A stretch of DNA of 64,000 nt from Octopus vulgaris (GCA_951406725.2 OX597836.1:6820001-6884000), one strand, 5' to 3'; numbered from the stretch's first letter, positions 41,512 to 56,207 are shown. Notes: generated by a model from the sequence alone, not told the origin. Program-made: numbers and translations.

Positions 41512-41550
<39 letters not shown>

Positions 41551-41551
<1 letters not shown>

Positions 41552-41714
41552 GACGGGTTTCTTTCAGTTTCCGTCTACCGAATCCACTGACAAGGCTTTG
41601 TTCGGCCACAGGCTATAGTAGAAGACACTTGCCCAAGGGGCCACGCAGTGGTACTGAACTTTGAATCATGTGGTTGGGAAGCAAGCTTCTTACCACACAG
41701 GCACGTCTGCGCCT
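41551..41714 (-). mobile_element. SINE family A, 5' half
   Basis: Head plus core on the minus strand. Confidence 0.85.
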
Positions 41715-41751
41715 AGGCATATAAAATTATATATACATACATAAAAAATAC

Positions 41752-41873
<122 letters not shown>

Positions 41874-41896
41874 ATGTATATGTGTACATAAATAGT

Positions 41897-41982
<86 letters not shown>

Positions 41983-42379
41983 GCAAAGACACATACACAC
42001 ACATCTAACATGCATACACACACAGTGAGTATAGGAACGCAGAAGGCAACAAATTTTCTGAAATCTTAAGCAGGTTACAAAGAAAGACCATTGAAAAACG
42101 AGCCTTTTCTTATGCCAATCAAATATGAGTGTGTATGGTTGTATGTCTATATGTATGTGTTAGCGTGTATCTTTATGTTTATTTGTCTGTATGTGTGTGT
42201 ATGTGTGTGTATGTACGGTCGCTCATTGCTATGTTTGTGCGCATGTACGTTATGGCGAAATATCGTCTGCTCATGTATAGTATTTACTGTGCGCGCATTG
42301 AATATATTTAACGTTGTGTGACATAAGTGAGACAGAGATAGGGAATGAGAAAGATAAACACGTATATGCATGTGTGTGT

Positions 42380-42420
<41 letters not shown>

Positions 42421-42422
42421 GA

Positions 42423-42475
<53 letters not shown>

Positions 42476-42610
42476 GGGCGGACTCGGGGTTAACTATAAG
42501 ATTTGTCTCTAAGTGGATTTTGTCACGAAACCAATTTCAGCCTATCAATTGTTTGTAAATAGTGATGGAAGCGAGAGTGAGGTGCAGAGGGCGACAAGAA
42601 TATACATACG

Positions 42611-42672
<62 letters not shown>

Positions 42673-42966
42673 TGTATGTGTGTGTATGTGTGTGCGTGTG
42701 TGTGTGTATACGTATATATATATATATATATATAAGTATACCTATATAAGCTATTATTTATATACATGTGTATATATATATATGTATATACACACACGTA
42801 TGTATCTTCGTGTATACGTATAAGTTTCTGTATGTATATATATAGTTATGTAAATATTTATATATATGTATATATATGTGTGTGTATGTGTGAGTGTGTG
42901 TGGATACATATACATATGGGTATATATCTGTACGTATGGATTTGCGCGCGTGTATGCAATTATACA

Positions 42967-43009
<43 letters not shown>

Positions 43010-43102
43010 ATACGTGTGTATGCGTGTGTTTGTGTATATATATATAGATATGTATATGTCTCTCTCTCTCTGTATATATGCTTTTATACACATATACATT
43101 TA

Positions 43103-43147
<45 letters not shown>

Positions 43148-43748
43148 GCACATGCATACTTGATACATGCCCAAATATACACACTCATGCACACACACAC
43201 ACGTTTGGAATAGAATCGAAGTTGGAGTTGAGATGAATTTTGGAAAGATTTAATTACAGCAACAAAACCAGCAGCATCAACAGATATTTTAGAAGCGAGA
43301 GAATAAAGTCGATCTAGCAAGAGAGAGGGAAAGAACAAGGACATAAGAGAGAGAAAGAGAGAGAGAGAGAGAAGGAAGAGAGAGAGTAAGAGAGAAAAAG
43401 GAAGAAGGAAGAAGAGTGAGAAAGCGAGAGTAAAGGTAACATAGCGAGATTGTGTATGTCTTTGTGTGTGAAGATTGTTGTGTGTGTGTGTGTGTGAAGA
43501 TTGTTGTTGTTGTTGTGTGTGTGTGTGTGTGTGTGTGGAGAAGCAAGTGTTTGTGTACACGTGAGCATATGGTAGGGTATATATGTATGTGTATACTTTT
43601 GTAGTTTTATCGTATGTTCGTGTATCTAAGTGTTTGTATGTGTATGTGTATGTATGGATATTTGAGTATTCACATGCGTGTCAGCGTACGTGTGAGTGTT
43701 CACTAACATGTATATATATTTTTCGACGTGTGTGTGTGTGTTTGTAAT

Positions 43749-43781
<33 letters not shown>

Positions 43782-45067
43782 ATATGTATGTATATATATA
43801 TTTGTGAGAGTGCATGTGAGAATGTTGTGAGTGTATATATGTTAGTTTGTGTGTATGTGATAAATTGTGTATGCAAATATGTGTGTGTAAGTGTGTATGC
43901 TTGTATTTGGGTTGTTTGTTTGTTTGTGTATATATATGTACATTTGGGGGAGAGCACGTTTGTGCTTGTGTGCATGTGAGGATATGCATTCGTGTGCGTG
44001 TGTGTATTGTGTATCTATGCGTGTGTGTTTATAATGCCTTATTTTCTTGTGAGTGTATCTACGTGTACGTTCGTGTTCGTATTTGTACGTATGTGTGTGT
44101 GGAGTTATGTGTTCGTCTGTCCGTGTTTGTATACGTTTGTGTGCATGTGTATGTGGGGTGAGAGTGTGTGAGTGAGTGATAATGAGTGAAAGATCAATGT
44201 TGAAAGATATAACAGTTGTGTGAGAAGATGTCGGCTGCTAAACGAATGCACGATACCACAAAAATGGAAAACTGAATGAAATAGACGATAATGAAAAGAA
44301 TGAGGCAAAGACGGAAGGAAAATGAATGAAAGAAATTTAAAAATGCATGAAAATGATAAAGTATACAAAATTTATCCCCTTCCCTCCAACAAAAAAAAAA
44401 GAAATAAAAATGAGTAAAATAAAAGGGTAACAGACATTTTACTGGAATATTGTGTGAATGGCGAGGCACATTAAAATAAAAACTCACACATACTGAAAAT
44501 ATAAATTACGAAGGTTTACGATGAAAAATTTTTGGCAGATTACAACCACACGAGATGTTTGTGTAAAAAAGAAAAAAACAATAACAAAAAGGTGGAGAAA
44601 AGTGTCTGAAAAATCGGAAATTGTGCTCTCATATCAAATTCAGATGTTGTGAAAGAAGATAATCGAGCAGACGACATCAGCACGAACCCAAGTGAGAATA
44701 TGAGTGAGGGGGAGAGGAAGAGACAAAGAGAGGAAGAAGGAGAAGGGGAGAAGGGAAGGGAGAAAGGGGGTTAGTGGGAGTGAGAATGAAAGAATGTACA
44801 TGTTCCGTTTCTAACTTCTGATAAGAAAGCAGGCAATCAGTGTGTGTGTGTGTATGTGTGTGTGTGTGTGTAGTGCATGCAAGCGCGCGTGCGTACATAT
44901 GTGCGCGCGTATTTATGAATACAAATAAGGACGTATATACACATATACTCATATACATATATGAACATATAAGTACATGGGTATATATATGTGTGTATAT
45001 ATATATAGAGAGAGAGAGATATGTATATACACGTGTGCATATATATATATATATATGTGTCTGTGTA

Positions 45068-45101
<34 letters not shown>

Positions 45102-45295
45102 CATATATATGCATATATGTGTGTGTGTGTATATATAAGTATATTTACGTGTGTAAGTGGATATAGATACATCTATATATGTGTGTATATCTATTTGTAT
45201 GTGTGTGTGTGCGTTTGAGCGCATGTATTTAGTGTGCATTCATGTCTACGTACATGTGAATATATATGTATGTATGTGTATGGAACTATGTACGC

Positions 45296-45347
<52 letters not shown>

Positions 45348-46347
45348 GGATCTATATACGTATGCATATTCATATCTGCATGTGTATATGTATATGGGCA
45401 TCGCTTTTAACTGCAACCAGTAGCTAAGCTCTTCTTCTGGAGTCCAGACGAGAATGGGATCATATCTTAGCCATTATTTTCGCCAGTTCTTACTCTATCC
45501 CGGATTTGTAGCACTTGTCAGCTGGCACGCTTCGGGATTACCAATGGAAGTAAAAGACCGCTACTACTTGACAGAACTTCCTTTTAGAAGTAGGCAAACT
45601 AGTATTAAAAGAACCTAAAGTGCGGCTGCATTCTCGGCATTTCAGTCCCTGTTGCACCACTGGTTTTAGAGGCTCTTTCCACGGGGAAATGGGTTCAGTG
45701 CTGTGCAACACTTTATCCGCTGAAAACAGATTCATGTACAGAAACTTCTTGGATTCTCAGAATGTTTGCGCGGGATTAGCGTGTTTAGGAAGAGGGCTTG
45801 CTCAGTATGAGTTGACTTCCACCGTATGAATATATACGAATATGTGTGTGTGTGGATGTATGCATGTATGTATGTATATATACCTTAGGAAGATAAAAGA
45901 GTTGGCCTGTCAGAGTGACCGTTGGTTTTGCATTTAAAGAGCGCTTAACATTGTAGGTGACTCGTAAAACTCAAATGACAGAGAGGTTCTAGGTCCAGTC
46001 TGCGGCACCTTGGTCAAGTATCATCTATATTCGTGCTAGCGGGGTGGCACCATTCGAAAGCTATAACAGTAGGAAGGGCATTTTCACCAGCAATGTATAA
46101 CAGCATCCGAAATATACAGCCTCGGGAAAATCAAGGCCTTGTGTTTTGGTAGACGGAAACTGAAAGAAGCCCGTCGTATATATACGTATATATATACGTA
46201 TATATATGTATATATGTATGTGTGTGTGTGTGTTTGTGTTTGTCCCCACCACTATCGCATGACACCTACCCACATATATAGTAATATATATATGTGTTTG
46301 TGTGTCTGTGTACGTATATATGTATTTAGTTATGTATGCACATACAC

Positions 46348-46431
<84 letters not shown>

Positions 46432-46667
46432 AATCCTAATATGAAAGAAAATTCTTAAAATGGCTGTCTCACTTTTGTTGTCATTTGTAGTTCTCTTAAT
46501 ATGCTTCTGCACACATCTGTAATTCACTTAAAAGCCCATTCACTTAAAATACACACACACACTCAAACACACTCACGTATATATGTGTCTGTGTGTTTGT
46601 GTATGTGTGTGTATACATACATACATACATACATACATACATACATACATACATACATACATACATC

Positions 46668-46758
<91 letters not shown>

Positions 46759-47589
46759 TTATTGTTTGTCTCTTAGATATTTCCTAAGTTTCGTGCTTGA
46801 AATGTTATCGACTGTCAAATGAGAGATAGAAAAAGAGAGACGGACACAAAATAAACAGAAACAATGAGAGAGAGAGAGAGATAGAGAGGGAGAGAGAGAG
46901 AGTAAAAGAAAGAAAAAAGGAAGAAGGAAGGAAGGAAAAGAAGAAAGAAAGAAAGAAAGGAAGGAAGGAAGACAAACAGGGAAAATCGAGAGAAAAATGT
47001 GGAAGATCACACTGAAAAAATATTAGCAAAATATTTGATGAAATGGTAACAAGTTGTTTGTTGGCTTTTGTATACGACCGATCGTTTGATGATGTCGTCT
47101 GCTCGTGAATGAAGAGCGTTGAACCGTGAAGACTACCAGAATGTAACTGTAATTCGTTAAAGTTGTAATACATTAAATAATAACATGTTAACATGCTGGT
47201 ATGATTCAATAAAACTCCATTTTACATGTTTATTATTTTGAAATGTTTCAAATAGCGTAGGGGAAGTTGAATCTGCCGTAGTAAACTTTCTCTGAAATCA
47301 TTGAGTTTTTAGCTATAAAATGAACCTTGTTTTACTGCATCGTGTACGTACGCATGCATGTGTGCTTTTCTTTTGAATTTTATTTAAGTTCTTCTTGAGG
47401 GAGTTCAAACCGGTCGCTAACGAAGTGACAAGGCTCTTTGAGTTAAGAGAGTTCCCGGTGTTTGTAAATATGTGTGAGTTGGTGCGGTGGTTGAACTGTG
47501 GATGCATATATCCACGTCTGTGCATCTATTCGCATAAGAATCTCTGATGGAGAATTTGGGGGCACGTCTTCAAAGCTTCACTATGCCGC

Positions 47590-48312
47590 TAATAGATGGG
47601 AATTAGAGAACTCTTCTGGACGGTCTCCTTATTTAAGTTGGTGAATGCTGCCATAATCCTTGCCGTTAGTTCATCTTTTGTATTACAAGGAGTTTTGTTG
47701 ATCTCTCGCTCAACTGCGCCACGCACATAATAACCAACGGGGTCGCAGTCAGGGGAGTTAGGAGGCCAGATGTTGGGGATGATGTGACCGCAGAAATTGT
47801 CTGACAGGTAAGACTTGGTTCTCCTGCTTGTGTGACATGGTGCAGAGTCTCGTTGCTAGACATAGAGTCTTCCATCAGCCACCCTCTTGACTCAGAGCAG
47901 CACTACCTCCTCCAGACACTTGATGTAGATCTTCCCGTTGAGTCTAAAGCCGTGTGGGAAGATGAATGGAGGCATAATGTCGGCATCACTAGTGATCACT
48001 CCAAACACCATGATGTTGACATGATGTTTGATTCTTATCGCTCTCGGTACATGTCCTCAGTTTGCACTGTCCTCAGATAGTCACCCAGACACTCTGAAAT
48101 GTTCGTATTGGAGCTTCCGACGCGAATGCCAAGCAGTACAGCATGTCGTTTCCAAATTCTTGGCAGACTGAATTGCGTCATGGTGCTGTTTTTCTCACAA
48201 ACGGTGTTCAACTGACCCTACTATACTGTGTAGTCGGCAAAGTCTAAAACAAACAATTCGCATGCGCAAAAGTCAAAAAAAGGAAATAGTGACAATTTAT
48301 CCATCGCATCCT
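47590..48312 (-). mobile_element. Tc1/mariner superfamily DD37D (maT-like) transposon remnant, internally deleted
   Basis: IMVFGVITSDADIMPPFIFPHG...YV*QRDSAPCHTSRRTKSYLSDNFCGHIIPNIWPPNSPDCDPVGYYV; 37 residues separate the second Asp from the (mutated) third catalytic position; TIR-like end at ~48284-48312. Confidence 0.85.
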
Positions 48313-48559
48313 ACGCGCGTGCGTGCACGTGTGTGTGTGTCTGTTATATTGTTATATTATATCATAGTATAAGACGACGAATAAGAGGGGAGCTGGCAGA
48401 ATCGTTAATGATTTTCAACGATCTTTTACAAAACAAATTTAATCCTTTCAAAACCTCTTACATTTTCGTACTATTTCGTAAGAGAAATATCCAAGAAGCA
48501 AACCAATTACATTTTCCTTATATTTCCATCCGGTAGCATCGCTAATCTATACACACAAA

Positions 48560-49080
48560 AAAACTATATTCCATTAACTGAGAAGCTAAAGAGATAGCAA
48601 CTAGGTTATATACATAGATGATAAAGTTGACATTTTAGCACTATAAAAACCATATATCACTTTTAAGGATCAGAAACCTAATTTTCTGGGCAATTCATCC
48701 GCAAAACTCATCAATCTACCCGTAAGCTAATTAGGTACCCTTAGTGAGAAATATTTCAAAAGTAATGAATATTCTGTCATTAAAGAACAAAAGCATTTTA
48801 GTTCTAAAGTGGTTCAATTACATCTATAATAAACAACGATGCGGAGTCATTTAATTCAACATCGTAGATTATTACCCTTCAATTACAAAGCCTTATACGA
48901 AAAGTGTTAACATTTGCCAAGAATCCAATTACCATAAGCGAACCAGAAATTAAAAATAATTATACGTTGAAGACAATATTTATTATAGTTTGACATCAAT
49001 GTGGATAAAGCAAATGGCAATTCTTCATTTAATGTCACTATAGAATCAAGAATTTCAGCGGAAACTTATGAGACATAATC
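48560..49080 (+). mobile_element. Penelope-like element RT fragment
   Basis: EAKEIATRL..DDKVDILAL*KPYITFKDQKPNFLGNSSAKLINLPVS*LG...FNIVDYYPSIT...FNVTIESRISAETYE. Confidence 0.8.
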
Positions 49081-49480
49081 TTTCAGAATTTGGTTTATAT
49101 TGTTATAATGGTTTAATACACAATAGACAGATAGATTTTAGGAAAAAAATCCCGTTAATGTTTTTGACGATTTGAGCTTTTAAATTACGGTCCATGGTTT
49201 GTCCACATTTCTCTGTAAGGAGCTTAAGTCTGGTTTTTCGGTTTTTCTGGCATACGCATTTTCCTTCCAGGACGCGACGCCAATCTGTCGCAGGAAATCA
49301 TGGCCAACATCAACCACAGATTAGATAATTTCCTCAAAATAGAGCAGCTTATATCACCAAAAGCCAGTCACAACAGAACGGCCATTGAGAACGTGAAAAC
49401 ATTGGCGGTGCCCCAGTATGCCTGCAGCTTTTGGGCCTAAACGCGTAAAATAATAAGTTTCTCAATTAAACTTACGTAGT

Positions 49481-49616
49481 TACAGTAGTGCCTCGATTTT
49501 CGAACGACTCTGATCACGAATAAATTGTGCTTTATCTCCTATCTTTCTCATATTCATTTAATACAGTAGTACCTCGGCTTACGAATGCCTCTGATCACAA
49601 ATAAATCGTGCCTTAT
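49481..49616 (+). repeat. Direct duplication of a ~55-bp pogo/Tigger-like terminal sequence
   Basis: TACAGTAGTRCCTCG...CTCTGATCAC.AATAAAT at 49481 and 49562. Confidence 0.6.
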
Positions 49617-49639
49617 ATATCTATATATCTATATCTATC

Positions 49640-49900
49640 TATATGCTGAAAATTTTCTGGGCCTGGATTTAAAAAAATAGAGGAGGATCACTTAGTTATG
49701 ATTTTATACAATATATTCCCTTCTCTGATTCATACAATTATTGCAGCAGTCCTTCATTTTTTCGAAGCCTTATAAAAGAACTCGAAAGGTTGGACCTCCA
49801 GCCAGGCCTTTCGTGATACCCTTAAACAACTATTGTCTTCGAAGCGAGGATCTAATGACTTAACAAAAATGGTGGGTGTTTCGCAGACTCTTTTGATCAA
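49640..49900 (-). mobile_element. mariner transposase C-terminal remnant with terminal repeat
   Basis: FFYKASK/MKDCCNNCMNQRREYIV* resembles the mariner C-terminus (RW.KC....GEY.E*), followed by GCCCAGAAAATTTTCAGCA. Confidence 0.5.
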
Positions 49901-50519
49901 TTCTTCTTAGGTTTCACAACTAAATATACTTACTACTAAAGATCATATCGGTTAATATGAAAATAAACCCAAAGTACACACGTTCCGAAACCTGCTCAGA
50001 TGAGAAGGTAACACTTTGTCGTAATACATTTGGGACTTGAAAAAGTGAACACATTGAATTTCATCATTAAATTACAAATGTTGTGCACACGAAATTTTAT
50101 TACAGATTTCCAAGATTTTGTAGCATTTGCGTCACTGAGAACTTTTATATTTTTGTTTTACTTTCTTTAATAACAATTCCAAACTCATGTCATTTTGCCG
50201 ACATCAAAACATACTTTCAGTGAAGCATTCACTGTTTGCTTATCATTTTACAGGTACAGAAATGTATTTTCACTAAAGAATTAACTCTATTGCACGCGGT
50301 CAAAAGTATCAGTTATACTACATTCGATTAAAACTATTTGCAAATACATCTAAATACGATCAGTGAATAGCGCAAAGATTTGACTGGGTGTCGAAACAAA
50401 CGGAGGAAAAAACGGTTAGGAAACACGTAACGCATTTGTTCAATTGTGTTGCACAGAACACTTGATATTTTCATCTATCCACGGACAAACACGTAGTGAT
50501 TTCAGGTTTTTGCTATCAG

Positions 50520-50960
50520 TTGTATAAAACTTACCTAAGCAGTGAATAAACGAATGGGCTTTTTATTTATTTAATTGAATATCCTTCAGCGTAGAGATAT
50601 CATAAGATATTTGATAAAAATAGCATTAAAGTCAGCTATAGTAGAAGCGAGTAACTTTCATGTTTCAATAGCCAGTACAAATAGAAGAAACCTTTACAAT
50701 GCAGACTTGCAAAGCTCTTTGCTTCTACGTATCCGCAACAACTATTATAACAGGGTCCTTAAAAGTATGTCTTTCAAAAGCGTTGGTTTATTGAGCTAAG
50801 CTCTTTCTTCCAGATAACAATAAAACAAACAACTTATTGAAATTTCTTTTAACAAACCAGATTCCCATAACACTTCAGATATTCAAATAGACGCTTTCAC
50901 TCGGCTGTGATTTCTAGGAATCTGGACAAACACGTTGAGCTCAACGTACAATTAAAAATT
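50520..50960 (+). mobile_element. Penelope-like element fragment (post-RT region)
   Basis: RYHKIFDKNSIKVSYS matches the PLE (L/Y)HKIFN.NT.KVSYS motif. Confidence 0.65.
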
Positions 50961-50963
50961 TGC

Positions 50964-51026
<63 letters not shown>

Positions 51027-51276
51027 CTTTTATTTGTTCCAGGCATGAGACTGCGGCCATGCTGGAGCACCACCTTGAAGAATATTCAGTGTTGTACTTA
51101 TTCTATCGGTCTCTTTTGTTGAACTGCTATATTACGGGGACTCAAACACTAACAACGGTTGGTCAAGCGGTGGTGGTGGACAACTACAGACACAAACACA
51201 CAAACACACATATATATTTATACATATATATATATATATATATACACCTGTCTTCTTTTGTTTTTCTGTAAATTTC

Positions 51277-51357
<81 letters not shown>

Positions 51358-51359
<2 letters not shown>

Positions 51360-51548
51360 GTGAGAATTTTCAAAAGAACAAAAGATGAAGACGGGTGTGT
51401 AAACAGCAAACAGATGTATTTGTTTAACGCTCGGGAAGTGAGAAAGTCTTTTATGTTTCGAGCCTACGCTCTTCGACAGAAAGGAACACAGGAATAAACA
51501 GGGAGGGAAAATTAAAAAAAAGGTATAGTGGTTAGCGATCTATCATGG

Positions 51549-51550
<2 letters not shown>
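51358..51550 (-). mobile_element. Hammerhead-motif short element (copy 2 of 3), bounded by (TA)n on both sides
   Basis: Homologous to 25295-25460; motif at 51448-51483. Confidence 0.75.
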
Positions 51551-51583
<33 letters not shown>

Positions 51584-52690
51584 CTGTATATTCTGTTTGT
51601 CGGACGGACAGAATGACAGGCGCAGACAGACCGATAGAAAGATAAACAGGACTGCATCTATTTATTAAATACTTATTAATAGGCGACTTTTATCCGGCTT
51701 GTGATGTCATCACAGATTTGTACAGATCCAGCAGCGCTGAGTATTGTGTTACTGTAGCCCCGTGAATGCGGCGGCTGTTGGCTCACGACTACTTACGAGC
51801 CATGAAACTAGCTTTTATATCATGAGAGGAAAAAGTTTCATTCATTATCCACCACCCGTGAATGCACCCTTTCGCGCTATATCAGCATATGTGTGTGTGT
51901 GCATGTATATGTAGTTGTATGAATATCTATACACTTGTGTGTGTTCTTACATGCGTGTATACGTGTATGGCAAATAAAGTTAGTTAAACATGACACTATT
52001 CAATCACAGATTTATACTAAACCCTAACAATATGTTATGATATTAAATCGTCACCCGTTGAGAAAAATTATCTCATAACAACGCTACGTCATCGCCTGCG
52101 CTATTACGTCACAGTTATACACTTTGTTATTTTATGTTATCGTCTGATATTATTGCGCCATAACAATATGCTATGGACATCATCGTTTCTAAAACTATTG
52201 TAGCGCCAGTATTGTTGTTCTCTCGACTGCACTGCTGGAAATAGCAGTCGAATGATCTTCAAAACGCACACTACAGGTGTGACTCTCTGGTAAGAAGTTA
52301 CGTCGTAACGTAACAGCATTGTGACGCAACACCGTTATGACGTAACAGATCAATGCCATATATAACTCCTGATGTTTAGCCCAGGTCATCCCTGATCGAG
52401 CAAACCTTTGATCAAAGTTATTCCAGTACTGGCATCAATGCATTCGACTTAAAATTCTTCAGAACAGTGCCCCAGCATGGCCGCAGTCTCATGAGTGAAA
52501 TGAGTAAAAGCTGGATACTCCACCCTAATCGTCATCGTATTACGTCACCAAAGAATTACATCATCACAAGACGCCATCATAACTCTATAATACATCAGGC
52601 CATTACAACAAGAAACTGTCACAGTCAGGGCTCCCGAAAGAGATTTTAAAAGGCGGAACGAAGCGTCATCGAACTACGTTGAATTTCCTC

Positions 52691-53083
52691 TTCTACTCTC
52701 GGCACAGACCCGAAATTTGGGGGGAGGGGAGCCAGTCGATTAGATCGAGTCCAGTATGCAACTGGTACTTAATATATCAACCCCAAAAGGATGAAAGGCA
52801 AAGTCGACATCGGCGGAATTTGAACTCAGAACGTAAAGGCTGACGAAATACCTATTTCTTTACTACTCACAAGGGGCTAAATACAGAGAGAACAAACAAG
52901 GACAGACAAACGGTCTAAGTCGATTATATCGACCCCAGTGCGTAACTGGTACTTATTTAATCGACTCCGAAAGGATAAAAGGCAAAGTCGACCTCGGCAG
53001 AATTTGAACTCAGAACGTAGCGGCAGACGAAATACCGCTAAGCATTTTGCCCGGCGTGCTAACGTTTCTGCCAGCTCGCCGCC
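52691..53083 (-). mobile_element. SINE family B, full head with internally duplicated body
   Basis: Reverse complement GGCGGCGAGCTGGCAGAAACGTTAGCACGCCGGGCAAAATGCTTAGCGG...GAGTTCAAATTC...; body present twice. Confidence 0.9.
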
Positions 53084-53412
53084 TTGGTACTACGTTATTT
53101 TGTTACGTTAAACTGTTACACCACGTCACCGTTCTACGCCTTAATGCGACGTCATAAAGCTACGTCATCAAACCACGCCACCTTGACGTTACACTGCTAC
53201 AAATTCTAAGACAGATTGTCCAAGCAGGAGCAATTCTAAGAATATTTTTTCTACCCAACCTCTCACCCTCCTTCTACTGTAATAATAATATTTTCTATCG
53301 AACGACCGGCCAAACGGTCCAGAAAGATAAAAAATATATATATAAAGAAAGCTTTAGAAACAACAAACAATATTAAGATGCATACAATAGCATCAGAGCC
53401 CCATCGAAAATA

Positions 53413-53461
53413 CAAATGGCTGAATAAAATGGCTGAATAAGATGGCTGAATAAAATGGCTG
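53413..53461. repeat. 13-bp tandem repeat (AAAATGGCTGAAT, ~3.8 copies)
   Basis: Read directly. Confidence 0.9.
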
Positions 53462-53983
53462 CATGTAAGTACATGGAAATGTTATCATGAAATTCCTGGT
53501 TTGCGAAACTACAGAAACCATCTGAGCCAGACGAAAATCGAAAAATTATCAAACAAACTGCACGCCGTTTGAAGGATAAAAGGTTTTCATTGAAACGTTT
53601 TTCTCCAAGTGTCCAGCAGTTCGACCCCAACTAACCTCAGTTTGTATAGCAGACAGTTGCTTTATAAGTCTGCCGTTTATACGTACTAATGCGACCACCA
53701 TCAATTGATTAATTGATCTGTCGTCGTCGTCGTCGGCTTTACCATAAACAACGATCGTCTGCTCCTGCCGTTTGCTACCGACACCGCCGCCATTTTGGTG
53801 ATTCTCCTTCAAATCTTTCCTATTTAAATATACTTTTCGTCCTTCATACCACCGTTTCTCGATTCATGCAGGAATTATTTCTTCTCAAATACACCTTGGG
53901 TAATCCTTCTCTTCCTATTACTCTTCCCCACAGTCTTTCTTCTCGCTCCACTCCCCTCCTCACCAACTTCTTCCTCTGCGTTT

Positions 53984-54070
<87 letters not shown>

Positions 54071-54225
54071 TTTATTTTTATTATCGTTGTTGTTTTTGTT
54101 GCTGTTTTTGTTGTTGTTGTTGTTATTGTTATTGTTATTGTTGATGTTGTTGTAGTTGTTGTTGTTGTTCTATTGATGCTGTTGTTGTTCTTGCACTTTT
54201 ATTTTCTTCTTCTTCTTCTTCTTCT

Positions 54226-54260
<35 letters not shown>

Positions 54261-54477
54261 TCCAGCAGTTCTTTAAGTATTGCAAGTACAGGATTCGATC
54301 TTCATTCATCCAAATCGATATTCCTGAATTCATTATCAGAGCTAATGATCGGCTTACAGGAATATATTGACGCTTTCACACTTTTCAAAAGCAATTCTCT
54401 CTCTCTCGACAATCGTTCTGATATATAAAGCATGGAATAAATACGCGCACTCACACACACACACATATCTGTTTTTG

Positions 54478-54509
<32 letters not shown>

Positions 54510-54611
54510 CATACATTCATACATATATGTACACGCATTCATATATTATACAGTTATAGATACTAACATGCACGTATGACATACGTAATAATATATGAAT
54601 ATGTATATGCA

Positions 54612-54676
<65 letters not shown>

Positions 54677-54749
54677 CATATATATACATATATATACATA
54701 TACATACATATATTTATATACATATATATATATATATATATATACATAC

Positions 54750-54804
<55 letters not shown>

Positions 54805-55677
54805 TATATATATATATACACAAGCACACACACATATAGATATATACGTCCATATTTACATACACACACATGTACATATACATATATGTGTATGTGTAAA
54901 CTCGTGCTTCATATATATACATGCATGCATGCATACATACATACATACATACATACATACATACATACATACATACATACATACATACATACATACATAC
55001 CTTAGTGATTTTTCCCTTCGTCCACAGCTCAGAAAACCTAGTTCTTAAACCCCCGCTTCGCTTTCACTCTCCTCCAACCGCGCCTCTCCCTTTCTAACTC
55101 CACCTTCCCTGCTATGCTCTGTTATGTTCAATGCCACCATGGCGGCTCTGCTTTCACAATCCGTTTTAATATCTTTATCAATTAAATACCCGCTCACCCT
55201 TATGGTGACTGACTTTGTTGCAAGTCGTCTATGCTAAACCTCACACTAAATCACTGGTCTTAACCATTTTCTCTCCAGTCTTTTGACTTCAAAGAGTTCC
55301 TTAACGCTTACTAACCGTCTTTCTATCTTCTTTTGTCAACTTATGATTTAGACATGTTTCACTTATATACAGATAAGTGAGTTGTTGCTGTGAATAAATT
55401 TCTACGTTGCTTAGCGGTACCGAGACAGCTTGTCATATTTTTACCTACTTAGCACCAACTAAATATAGCGGCGGGTGTAAATAAGAGGGGATACGTAGAT
55501 AGGTAGAGAAATAGATTGTCTCCCCTGCCCGTCACCTCTTCAACTCTCAAATCCGAATCTTTCTTTATTTATCGGTCAGTTTATCTATCTATCTATCTAT
55601 CTATATATATATATATATATATATATCTACCTATCTATATGTCAATCTATCTGTCTGTCTCTCCCTATGTGGCAATC

Positions 55678-55740
<63 letters not shown>

Positions 55741-56080
55741 TCGTACTTACCTACCTACCTACCTACCTACATACTTATCTATCTATCTAACTACCTACCT
55801 ATCTGTTCAGCAGTCTGTCTGTGTGTCTATATTTGTCTATCAATGTTTGTCTGTCTACCTTACCTATCTATTTGTCTTCTACCTGTCTGTTTGCCTATTT
55901 ACCTGTTTAGATGTTAGTATGTATGACCATCGACCTTACTACGAGGCCATACATACAGACACACTGACACACATACATACACACAGATATAGATAGATAT
56001 TACTTATACAAATACGCATGCTCGCAAGCACAACCACATACACTTCTAACATTATATATATATATGAACTACAGCTTAAG

Positions 56081-56207
<127 letters not shown>

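Noticed and set aside
45420-45830. Higher-complexity segment with short ORFs on both strands (CRECSR)
   Set aside because: No recognisable domain or credible splice context; probably a decayed TE; needs BLASTX
53212-53237. Resemblance to miR-219 (GATTGTCCAA...GCAATTCT)
   Set aside because: It contains an insertion relative to the mature miRNA and there is no complementary arm to form a precursor hairpin
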